Part shown: positions 56,869-64,000 of the stretch, piece after piece | How positions within the stretch are numbered: position 1 is the stretch's first letter | Layout of the letters: each line of letters starts with the position of its first letter | Assembly: GCA_964597585.1 (NCBI GenBank) | Contig: CAZQYU010000001.1 | Span: forward strand, 632 to 64,631 | Source: an uncultured Thermoanaerobaculia bacterium | GTDB lineage: Bacteria > Acidobacteriota > Thermoanaerobaculia > Thermoanaerobaculales > Sulfomarinibacteraceae | DNA: 64,000 nucleotides | Direction: 5' to 3' | Position numbers and translations under genes: made by a program | Notes under the pieces: generated by a model | What the model was told of the DNA's origin: nothing | What the model saw: the letters and a program-made list of their open reading frames with translations, nothing else | Databases searched by the model: none

Positions 56869-57822
56869 TCAGCGCTCGGTGAAGATGCCGAGGTCCCGGT
56901 ACTTCTTGGCCCGCCGCGCGAGCAGCACCTGAGGCTTGAGCCGGGACAGGGCTCGGAGATGCACGCGGAGGGAGCGGCCAACGCTCTCGGCCATGCCCGC
57001 AGCGTCGGTGTGCGCACCGCCCGGAGGCTCGGGGATGATCTCATCGGCAACGCCGAACTCCTTGAGATCCTGCGCGGTGAGTCGGAGTGCGCGAGCCGCA
57101 TCCTCGGCCCGGGACTGGTCCTTCCACAGGATCGCTGCGCAGCCCTCCGGAGAGATGACTGAGTATACGGCGTGCTCCAACATCAGAACGCGGTCGGTCA
57201 CACCCAGTGCGAGAGCGCCACCCGAACCGCCCTCACCAGTGACCACCCCCACGATGGGCACCGGCAGCCCTGCCATGGTGATCAGGTTTGTGGCGATCGC
57301 CTCAGCCTGACCACGCTCCTCGGCGTCGATCCCCGGATAGGCTCCAGGTGTGTCGATGAATGTCACGATCGGGCGTCCGAACCGGGCGGCTAGCTCCATG
57401 ACCCTGAGAGCCTTCCGATATCCCTCCGGACGCGGCATGCCGAAGTTCCGACGGACCTTCTCGGCGGTGTCGCGGCCCTTCTGGTGGCCCATTACCGCAA
57501 CCGGCTCGCCGTCGAGCAGCGCGAAACCGGCCACGATCGCCGGATCGTCTGCAAACCGGCGGTCGCCGTGGAGCTCTGTGAAGTCGGTGAAGATCCCGTG
57601 TATGTAGGCCAGCGTGTAGGGCCGGTCGGGATGCCGTGCGAGCTGGCACCGCTGCCACGGCGTGAGGTTGGCGAAGATCCTCCGAGTGGTTGTCGTCAAC
57701 TCGTGGCGGACCTGCTCCAGCGCCCGCGTCTTGGCGGCGGCCCCTGAGTCCGCCTCGAGGTCACGGATCCGGGCTCGGATCGCCTCGATCGGCTCCAGAA
57801 ACGGCAGCGGTGGAGTGGCCAT
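56869..57822 (-). CDS. accA: Acetyl-CoA carboxylase carboxyltransferase subunit alpha
   Basis: IVTFIDTPGAYPGIDAEERGQAEAIA is the family signature. 317 aa. Confidence 0.95.
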   Translation of the reverse strand: MATPPLPFLEPIEAIRARIRDLEADSGAAAKTRALEQVRHELTTTTRRIFANLTPWQRCQLARHPDRPYTLAYIHGIFTDFTELHGDRRFADDPAIVAGFALLDGEPVAVMGHQKGRDTAEKVRRNFGMPRPEGYRKALRVMELAARFGRPIVTFIDTPGAYPGIDAEERGQAEAIATNLITMAGLPVPIVGVVTGEGGSGGALALGVTDRVLMLEHAVYSVISPEGCAAILWKDQSRAEDAARALRLTAQDLKEFGVADEIIPEPPGGAHTDAAGMAESVGRSLRVHLRALSRLKPQVLLARRAKKYRDLGIFTER

Positions 57823-57878
57823 CTGGCGGAGAGTAACAAAGGCTCGGCGGGGGGGTCAATCGAACGAAGCTCGGGAGA

Positions 57879-58679
57879 TCAGCACGCCGCCTTCGCACAG
57901 CGCAGCAGAACCACTGTCACATTGTCGTTGCCACCCTGCCGGTTCGCTGCGACAACAAGCTGTTCACCGAGGTCCTTGAGGCTGCTGTTCGAGCGCAGGA
58001 TTCCCGCAATATCGTCGTCGGTGAGCATCGAGTTGAGACCGTCCGAACAGAGCAGGTAGAGGTCGCCGTCCTCCATCTCGGTCTCGAGGATGTCGACCCG
58101 AGGCTCAGTGGATCCCCCGAGCGCTTGCGTCACGACGTTCTTCAACGGGTGCGACCGGGCTGCCTCCTCGGACAGGAAACCCGCCTGCACCTGCTCGTGC
58201 ACCCACGAGTGGTCCTCGGTGAGCAGCTCGAGCTTCGCACCTCGCAGGCGGTAGGCACGACTGTCTCCGACATGGCAGATCGTCAACGTACGACTGCCCG
58301 TCGTGTGGGCGGCCACCACGACGGTCGTGCCCATTCCCTTCAGATTGGTATCCCTCGTGACGGCACCGGTGACCCTCTGGTGCCCCGCCAATACGGCATC
58401 GACCACCAGATTCGCGGTGCGACTTCGCTCTGGAGCCCAATGGTCGGGCCAAGTCTCCTGGTTCGAACCCGCTGCCCGTACGGACAGGGTGTGCAGGATC
58501 TCTTCCGCCGCGAGCTCCGAGGCGACCTCTCCCGCCGCATGCCCGCCCATGCCGTCGGCGACGAGAAAGACGCCATGCTCGGGATCGGTCACGAAGGTGT
58601 CCTCGTTGACACGACGCTTCATGCCGACGTCAGTGGTGCCCCAGGCTTCTACAGCCAAGCTCGACACGGACGCTTCCAC
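57879..58679 (-). CDS. PP2C-family Ser/Thr protein phosphatase
   Basis: Motifs are TDVGMKRRVNEDTF, LVADGMGGHAAGEVAS and GGNDNVTVVLL. GTG 58679 lies after the upstream stop, preceded by AAGGGGGA. Confidence 0.85.
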   Translation of the reverse strand: MEASVSSLAVEAWGTTDVGMKRRVNEDTFVTDPEHGVFLVADGMGGHAAGEVASELAAEEILHTLSVRAAGSNQETWPDHWAPERSRTANLVVDAVLAGHQRVTGAVTRDTNLKGMGTTVVVAAHTTGSRTLTICHVGDSRAYRLRGAKLELLTEDHSWVHEQVQAGFLSEEAARSHPLKNVVTQALGGSTEPRVDILETEMEDGDLYLLCSDGLNSMLTDDDIAGILRSNSSLKDLGEQLVVAANRQGGNDNVTVVLLRCAKAAC

Positions 58680-58689
58680 CTGTCCCCCT

Positions 58690-59352
58690 TCACCCCTTGC
58701 GTCGGAAGCGATCAAGCAACCCTCCGCCGGACTGGGCCTTCTCGTCAGTGTCGAGCTGCACCAGGACCTCGAGTGCCTTGCTGTTGGTCGGATCCAAACT
58801 CAGTGCCTCCTCGGCGAGGCGTCGCGCCCGATTGCTCATCTTCGCGGCCGCGGCCAGTGACGCGGCCTCGGCGATAATGGTCGGGTTGTTCGGCTCGAGC
58901 TGGGCGGAGCGCTCCAGGTGTCGAAGCGCCTCTCGCTCGTGTCCCTTTGCCTTGGACATGACTCCACCCAGGAAGTAGTGCGCACGGGCGTTGGAGTCGT
59001 CGTGATCCACCGCGGACTCGAGCAGCTCGAGGGCCTCGTGCAGGTTGCCGTCGCGGATCGCCTGGGCGCCTTTGCCGGTCAGCCGGCGTGAGATCTCACG
59101 AGGGTCCATCGCCTTCGACTTCGAACCGACGTAGATCTCGCGGTCGTATCGATCCCGTGCCTCGGGTCGGCTGAGGACGTTGAAAGCCTCGGTGATGGAC
59201 TGGAAGCGCTCCTCGGCCTGCTGGCGCTCGGCGCCCAAGAACCGGTCCGGATGATGCTCCAGAGCGAGCCGCCGAAAGGCGACTCGGATCTCCTGCTCGC
59301 TGGCGTCAGAACCGACGCCGAGGACGTCGTAGTAGGTTGGACGGTAGCTCAT
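58690..59352 (-). CDS. J-domain protein with C-terminal TPR repeats
   Basis: YYDVLGVGSDASEQEIRVAFRRLALEHHPDR is a J-domain with the HPD motif. TPR-like repeats follow. Confidence 0.85.
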   Translation of the reverse strand: MSYRPTYYDVLGVGSDASEQEIRVAFRRLALEHHPDRFLGAERQQAEERFQSITEAFNVLSRPEARDRYDREIYVGSKSKAMDPREISRRLTGKGAQAIRDGNLHEALELLESAVDHDDSNARAHYFLGGVMSKAKGHEREALRHLERSAQLEPNNPTIIAEAASLAAAAKMSNRARRLAEEALSLDPTNSKALEVLVQLDTDEKAQSGGGLLDRFRRKG

Positions 59353-59451
59353 CTTCTGCTCGGGCGGATATTGCGCCGAACCCTCATGCTTCTACGAACA
59401 TGTGTACCACAGCTGTCGCCGGCGCGCAACGCGGCCGGCGGCCTGTCGTGC

Positions 59452-60357
59452 CTACTCCGTCTCATCGTCGTTCCCCTGCCGAGTCTCTGTCAGCTCGATT
59501 CGAAGACGGTGCCGAAGACGCACCACCTCGAGACCCGGAAGCCTACGCTCCTCTACTCGCAGTCCCCGCAACGACCACTTGCGCAGGGCCAGCCGCGTGA
59601 GCTGCCGCGCCAGCACCGCACGTTCGTCGCCGTCGTGCCGCCAGCCTCCCCGGACCCGAGCCGGAAACGCTGGGATCGCCGTCGCCACCCAACCGGGAAG
59701 CGTTCCGAGGCGCACCTCGTCGGCGAGCTCCGCCGCAAGGATGTGGCGCTCCGCGAGCATCACGGTGACAAGCGTCGCGGCGACGATCGCCGCAGTCAAG
59801 CCAGCGGCGACCGCGATGCGCGGGCCGTCGCCGCTCGCGGTCGTAAGGCCCGCACGGACAGTCACCGAGGCCGCGAGCCATCCGGCCAAAGCCATACTCC
59901 CCCACAACCACCGTTGCGGGAAACTCCGATCGATCACCGCCGTCGCGATGGCCGCGCCAGCCGGCACCCCACCAGCAATCGGTACAACTGCCATGGTCAG
60001 ACCGCCGCCGGTCGCCGCCGCCAGCGCTGCCCACCCGAAGCCGGTTGCCAGGCCAACAATGATGCCGTCGGCTGGAGCATCGAGCTCGGGTACAGTGAGC
60101 GCCGCCGCCAGCACGACGGCAATGCCAACCAGGCCCTCGATCGCGATCCCGATCTCGCCCGAGGCGGGCAGCCTTCCCTGGGCCGTGGCCAGATTGAAGA
60201 CGAGTGCGCCCATTCCGCCCCACGCAAAGGCCACGACCACCCGGAGCAGGGGTTGTTCCACCCGGCGGTCGACCCACCACAACAGGCCGGCCAGCGGCCC
60301 TGTCACCAAGACCGCAACGACCGTCACGATCGCGAGGTCGAGGAAGTTCACGACCAC
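59452..60357 (-). CDS. Polytopic membrane protein, possibly a degenerate PrsW-like protease fold
   Basis: About 7 hydrophobic helices and a basic C-terminal tail. The N-terminal LLWWVDRRVEQPLLRVVVAFAWGG loosely resembles the PrsW N-terminus. The start is GTG 60357 or 60351. Confidence 0.45.
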   Translation of the reverse strand: MVVNFLDLAIVTVVAVLVTGPLAGLLWWVDRRVEQPLLRVVVAFAWGGMGALVFNLATAQGRLPASGEIGIAIEGLVGIAVVLAAALTVPELDAPADGIIVGLATGFGWAALAAATGGGLTMAVVPIAGGVPAGAAIATAVIDRSFPQRWLWGSMALAGWLAASVTVRAGLTTASGDGPRIAVAAGLTAAIVAATLVTVMLAERHILAAELADEVRLGTLPGWVATAIPAFPARVRGGWRHDGDERAVLARQLTRLALRKWSLRGLRVEERRLPGLEVVRLRHRLRIELTETRQGNDDETE

Positions 60358-61319
60358 GGCGTGGGCAGCTCCGACAGGTCCACCGTCGCAGCCTCGTACC
60401 AGCGCCGGGTTGCTTTGACATCTCTCTGGATCTGGTCCATCAGGTCGGCCGACGTCGGAAACGCACGCTCGGCACGGACCCTGAGGAAGAAGTAGAGCCG
60501 TACACGCTCTCCGTAGACGTTCGCTTCGAAGTCGAGAACGTGGCTTTCAATCGTCACCATGTGCTGCGACGAGACCGTCGGTCGGGTCCCGATATTGGTG
60601 ACCGACGGCAGCATGCGTCGCTGCGACGGAATCCACACCGCGGTGACGTACACCCCCCGTCCCGGAAACAGCTCGTTCTCGGTCGCGAGGTTGAGGGTCG
60701 GGAAGCCGAAGCTGCGCCCCAACCGCCGGCCTTCGACCACAACGCCATCGATGAAGACCGGCCGCCCGAGCAGGGTGTGCGCCTCGTCAACGGCTCCGTG
60801 CTCGACCGCAGCGCGAACCCGGGTCGATGACACGACGCCGCCCGCAGCGTGGACCACCGGCGCGCCAGCAGCGACGAAACCGAGCCGCCGCCCCTCGCTG
60901 ATGAGAAGCTCCACATCACCCTTGCGGTCGGCGCCGAAGCGAAAGTTGGCGCCGATGTAGACCTCCCGGACAGCGAGCCGATGTACCAGAACCTCCGCCA
61001 CGAAAGCCTCCGCCTCCATCCGTGCCAGCTCCCGCGTGAATGGAACAACGAGCGCCACATCGACCCCCTCCCGCTCGACCAGCTCGAGGCGCTGTTCGAG
61101 GGTAGTCAGAAGGGGCGGGGCGACATCGGGGCGAAGCACTCTGACGGGGTGGGGATCGAAGGTCATCACGGCGGCGACGGTGTCCAGGCTGCGGGCGCGC
61201 TCGACGAGATGCCGGAGCACCGCGCGGTGGCCGAGATGGACGCCGTCGAAATTGCCGACGCTGAGCACACTTCCTCGGGGGGGATGATCGGCGCCCAGCG
61301 GATCGTACAGAATCTGCAA
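60348..61319 (-). CDS. ribF: Bifunctional riboflavin kinase / FMN adenylyltransferase
   Basis: SVGNFDGVHLGHRAVL is the family signature, and the C-terminal riboflavin kinase region contains GFPTLNL. TTG 61319 has GAGGGA 7 nt upstream, just after the rimO stop. Confidence 0.9.
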   Translation of the reverse strand: MQILYDPLGADHPPRGSVLSVGNFDGVHLGHRAVLRHLVERARSLDTVAAVMTFDPHPVRVLRPDVAPPLLTTLEQRLELVEREGVDVALVVPFTRELARMEAEAFVAEVLVHRLAVREVYIGANFRFGADRKGDVELLISEGRRLGFVAAGAPVVHAAGGVVSSTRVRAAVEHGAVDEAHTLLGRPVFIDGVVVEGRRLGRSFGFPTLNLATENELFPGRGVYVTAVWIPSQRRMLPSVTNIGTRPTVSSQHMVTIESHVLDFEANVYGERVRLYFFLRVRAERAFPTSADLMDQIQRDVKATRRWYEAATVDLSELPTPWS

Positions 61320-61329
61320 GCCCGATCCC

Positions 61330-62745
61330 TCAGGCGAGCACAGGGAGGTGCGTCCGCGCACGGAGACGGGAGGGACTCACCTCTCGGACAACGCGGCCGA
61401 CGAGGTCGTAGGGATGGGCTTGGGTCACCTCGACCTCAACCATCGCTCCCGCCTTCGCGGTTCCGTCGTTGATCAGGAGCCGACCGTCGATCTGCGGCGC
61501 GTGACGCGCCAGCCTGGCCGCAGTGAGCAGCTCCATCTCCTCCAGCACACCCTCCACCAGGGCCGGAAGACGCCGGCCGACGAGTGCCTGATTCCGGCGC
61601 TGGGAGATCAACTGTTGGGCCTCCATCAGCCTTGTCCTGCGCTCCTCCTTGACCGTCGCGGGAATCGGGTCTCCCAGGGCGGCGCCAGGATTCTCCTCCT
61701 GCCAGGAGTAGGTGAACACGCCGACGTGATCGAGCTCTGTGGCCATGACGAAGTCGAGCAAGTCGTCGAACTCGCGCTCCCCTTCTCCAGGGAAGCCGAC
61801 GATGAAGGTCGAGCGTACCGCCAGGTCGGGCACAATCTCACGCGCACGCTCGATCATGGCTCGATAGGTGCGAGCATCGCCGCCCCGGTGCATCGCCTTG
61901 AGCACCGACCGGCTGGCGTGCTGTAGCGGGATGTCGAGGTACGGCACGATCCGAGGTTGTGCCGCCATGAGCTCGAACAGACCCTGGTCCAGAGTCGCCG
62001 GATAGGCGTAGAGAAAACGGATCCAGGGAGCGTCGGTCTCTGCGACCAGAGCCTCCAAGAGGACACGGAGCCCGTGCTCGAAACCGAGGTCCTCGCCGTA
62101 GCGGGTGGTGTCCTGCGCGATGAGCACCAGCTCCTGCACTCCTTGCCCGACCAGAGCACGGCCCTCGCTCACCAGGTCGGCAACCCGGCGTGAGCGAAAG
62201 CGACCGCGCATGCGAGGGATGTGGCAGAAGGTGCAAGGGTTGTTGCAGCCCTCCGCGACTTTGAGGAAAGCGTAGCCGTGGGTCGAGACCAGCCGCGGGC
62301 TGGAGTGATCGTAAATGCGCAAGGCCCCACGTTGGTCAGGGAGGTGTCGGTCGAGCTCGCCGCGAACCGCATCGACCACCTTCTCGAGCTCGTCGAGACC
62401 GACAAAGGCATCGATCTCCGGGACCTCGCGCTGCAGCTCCTCGGCGTAGGCCTGGGCCATGCATCCCGAGACCACGAGGCGGCGTACGCGGCCCGCCCGT
62501 TTGGCTTCTGCAACCTCGAGAATCGCCTCGATCGACTCCCGCTTGGCGTCGACGATGAAACCGCAGGTGTTGACCACGACCACATCAGCCGCTGTCGGGT
62601 CCGCGGTCACGGTCGCCCCGGCGGCCACGAGGTGGCCGAGCATCACCTCGCCGTCGACCAGGTTCTTGGCACAGCCGAGACCGATCATCCCCACCCGTGG
62701 ACCGTCCACTGACCGGTCGTTTTTCTGCAACAGATTCTCAGTCAT
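61330..62745 (-). CDS. rimO: Ribosomal protein S12 methylthiotransferase
   Basis: ATG 62745 has GGAG upstream. GLGCAKNLVDGEVMLG is the family signature. The radical SAM motif is CNNPCTFCHIP. A C-terminal TRAM region is present. The 74-aa track extension is rejected. Confidence 0.9.
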   Translation of the reverse strand: MTENLLQKNDRSVDGPRVGMIGLGCAKNLVDGEVMLGHLVAAGATVTADPTAADVVVVNTCGFIVDAKRESIEAILEVAEAKRAGRVRRLVVSGCMAQAYAEELQREVPEIDAFVGLDELEKVVDAVRGELDRHLPDQRGALRIYDHSSPRLVSTHGYAFLKVAEGCNNPCTFCHIPRMRGRFRSRRVADLVSEGRALVGQGVQELVLIAQDTTRYGEDLGFEHGLRVLLEALVAETDAPWIRFLYAYPATLDQGLFELMAAQPRIVPYLDIPLQHASRSVLKAMHRGGDARTYRAMIERAREIVPDLAVRSTFIVGFPGEGEREFDDLLDFVMATELDHVGVFTYSWQEENPGAALGDPIPATVKEERRTRLMEAQQLISQRRNQALVGRRLPALVEGVLEEMELLTAARLARHAPQIDGRLLINDGTAKAGAMVEVEVTQAHPYDLVGRVVREVSPSRLRARTHLPVLA

Positions 62746-62854
62746 CCCCGCTCCAGGCTGCGGATTGTACCACCGGGGCAACCTCGGCCGGCTCCATCGA
62801 TCCGCAATGTCACCCACGATGCAGCCGTATTCGTTCCTTACAGGGAGCCGCAGG

Positions 62855-63988
62855 TCAGGGACCGGTGGACAGATGTTCAAGCACGGCTTCGGCTGCTCGC
62901 CGCGATGCGCCGGGCTCGCCGAGACGTCGACGCACCTCGACCAGCGCGGCCCGCTGGTGCCCGCCATCCGAACCGGTCAGCTCGGTGAGAGAGCCTGCGA
63001 GGGAGCTCGCGTTCCAGCTCCCCTGGAGCAGCTCCGGTGCCAGTCGCCGCCCGGCGATGAGGTTCACCAACCCCACGTGGGGAACTCGGACAAGAGCCCG
63101 CGCCAGGAGGTAGGACAGCGGCTGAAGCCGGTAGCCCACCACCATCGGGATGCCGAGAAGTGCGCACTCGAGGGTCGCGGTTCCGGACGCCGTCCAGGCC
63201 GCACGACATCTCGAAAGCTCGGCGCGGCGACCCGTGCCGGACACACGAACCAGCCTGGGATCAATCGGAGCCCGGGCCTGAATCCGGTCGATCTCGGGAC
63301 CGACGCCCGGAGCCTCCACGAGGACAGCCCGATGAACGATCGACCCTGGCAGCACGGCGAGCGCCTCGAGCATGGCGGGCAAAAGCTGTCGGACCTCCAT
63401 CCGTCGCGACCCGGGGAGCAGAGCGAGCCGACCCTCCTCACCCTCATCGTGATGGGGATACAGGCCTTCGCGTGCGAGGTCGTCGACGAGCGGGTGGCCG
63501 ACGTAGCGGGAAGGGACGCCGGCGGCGCCGTAGAACTCGACCTCGAACGGGAGCACGCAGAGGACCTCCCGAGCGACACGGCGCACCACGCGGACTCGGC
63601 CCTTCCGCCATGCCCAGAGCTGAGGCGAGACGTACAGCACGACCGGAATCCCGAGGCTGCGCAGCTTCTCGGCGAGCCGGAGATTGAAGTCGGGCGAGTC
63701 GACAAGCACCGCCAGGGACGGCCGGCGCCGAGTCGTCTCCTCGACTAGGCGACGCATCACTCCCCGAATCCGTGGTAGCTCGCGCAGGACCTCGAGCAAT
63801 CCCATGTGCGCCAGCTCGTCGGTGTGGGCGATTGGATCGAGCCCTGCTGCGAGCAGCCTTTCGCCACCGACGCCGAAGGCGGTCAGTCCAGGGCGAAGAG
63901 CAACGAGCTCGCGGAGGAGATTGCCGGCGTGGATATCGCCGGACACCTCGCCGGCAACGATCAGGAGGCGATCAACGATGGGGATCAC
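62855..63988 (-). CDS. lpxB: Lipid-A-disaccharide synthase
   Basis: LLIVAGEVSGDIHAGNLLREL and VLVDSPDFNLRLAEKLR are typical LpxB segments. 377 aa. Confidence 0.9.
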   Translation of the reverse strand: MIPIVDRLLIVAGEVSGDIHAGNLLRELVALRPGLTAFGVGGERLLAAGLDPIAHTDELAHMGLLEVLRELPRIRGVMRRLVEETTRRRPSLAVLVDSPDFNLRLAEKLRSLGIPVVLYVSPQLWAWRKGRVRVVRRVAREVLCVLPFEVEFYGAAGVPSRYVGHPLVDDLAREGLYPHHDEGEEGRLALLPGSRRMEVRQLLPAMLEALAVLPGSIVHRAVLVEAPGVGPEIDRIQARAPIDPRLVRVSGTGRRAELSRCRAAWTASGTATLECALLGIPMVVGYRLQPLSYLLARALVRVPHVGLVNLIAGRRLAPELLQGSWNASSLAGSLTELTGSDGGHQRAALVEVRRRLGEPGASRRAAEAVLEHLSTGP

Positions 63989-64000
63989 GGAACCGGGTAC

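Noticed and set aside
59251-60495. Plus-strand ORFs of 414 and 338 aa (59251..60495 and 59402..60418) and a 292-aa minus-strand alternative frame (59543..60421)
   Set aside because: Their composition is Arg/Pro-rich. They overlap the polytopic membrane-protein frame, which shows coherent hydrophobic helices.
62459-63748. 429-aa plus-strand ORF across rimO and lpxB
   Set aside because: It is antisense to two well-supported genes and has low-complexity composition.

Overview
This is a GC-rich chromosomal segment (about two-thirds G+C by eye) from a diderm bacterium, since lptB, lptF/G, an lptC/A-like gene and lpxB are present. I cannot place it taxonomically without a database search. I call about 52 protein-coding genes. 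I found no rRNA, tRNA, CRISPR array, transposase or integrase. Many long ORFs in the supplied track are antisense or out-of-frame shadow ORFs typical of high-GC DNA. Several real genes start well inside the listed ORF, and one real gene (1..920, minus strand) is missing from the track because it runs off the window edge.

Layout:
- 1-10.5 kb: a respiratory and electron-transfer locus. It holds a partial 3-TM NapC/NirT-like multihaem cytochrome, an orphan AmmeMemoRadiSam-type radical SAM gene, a 1053-aa protein that fuses 23 CxxCH haem motifs to a cytochrome-b-type membrane domain, and then sdhCAB (single b558-type anchor).
- 10.7-19.4 kb: glgC, then a translationally coupled operon of a RecB/Cas4-like-nuclease::XPD/DinG helicase, a small membrane protein and a long-form Lhr helicase.
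- 19.5-25.2 kb: a c-di-GMP cluster with a PilZ-TM-AMIN protein, a stand-alone MshEN receptor domain and a PDZ-multiTM-GAF-GGDEF cyclase.
- 25-39 kb: housekeeping genes (S1, hemY, a sigma-54 response regulator, a peptide-type ABC importer without ATPases, scpAB and others).
- 39.3-64 kb: one co-directional minus-strand array. It runs lpxB, rimO, ribF, J-domain/TPR protein, PP2C, accA, a giant LptC/A-like gene, lptB, rpoN, hpf, ptsN, hprK, rapZ, EIIA-Man, ptsH, ptsI, miaB, parA, parB, and a fused lptF-lptG.

The most interesting items are:
- the 23-haem c::b cytochrome fusion next to the NapC/NirT-like cytochrome;
- the nuclease-XPD / membrane protein / Lhr operon;
- the stand-alone MshEN plus PilZ-AMIN c-di-GMP module;
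- the fused or oversized Lpt components;
- two roughly 30% GC islands sharing a GATATAT core beside the scpAB and parAB operons, the second with DnaA-box-like direct repeats.

All functional calls rest on motif and family recognition by eye. No searches were run.
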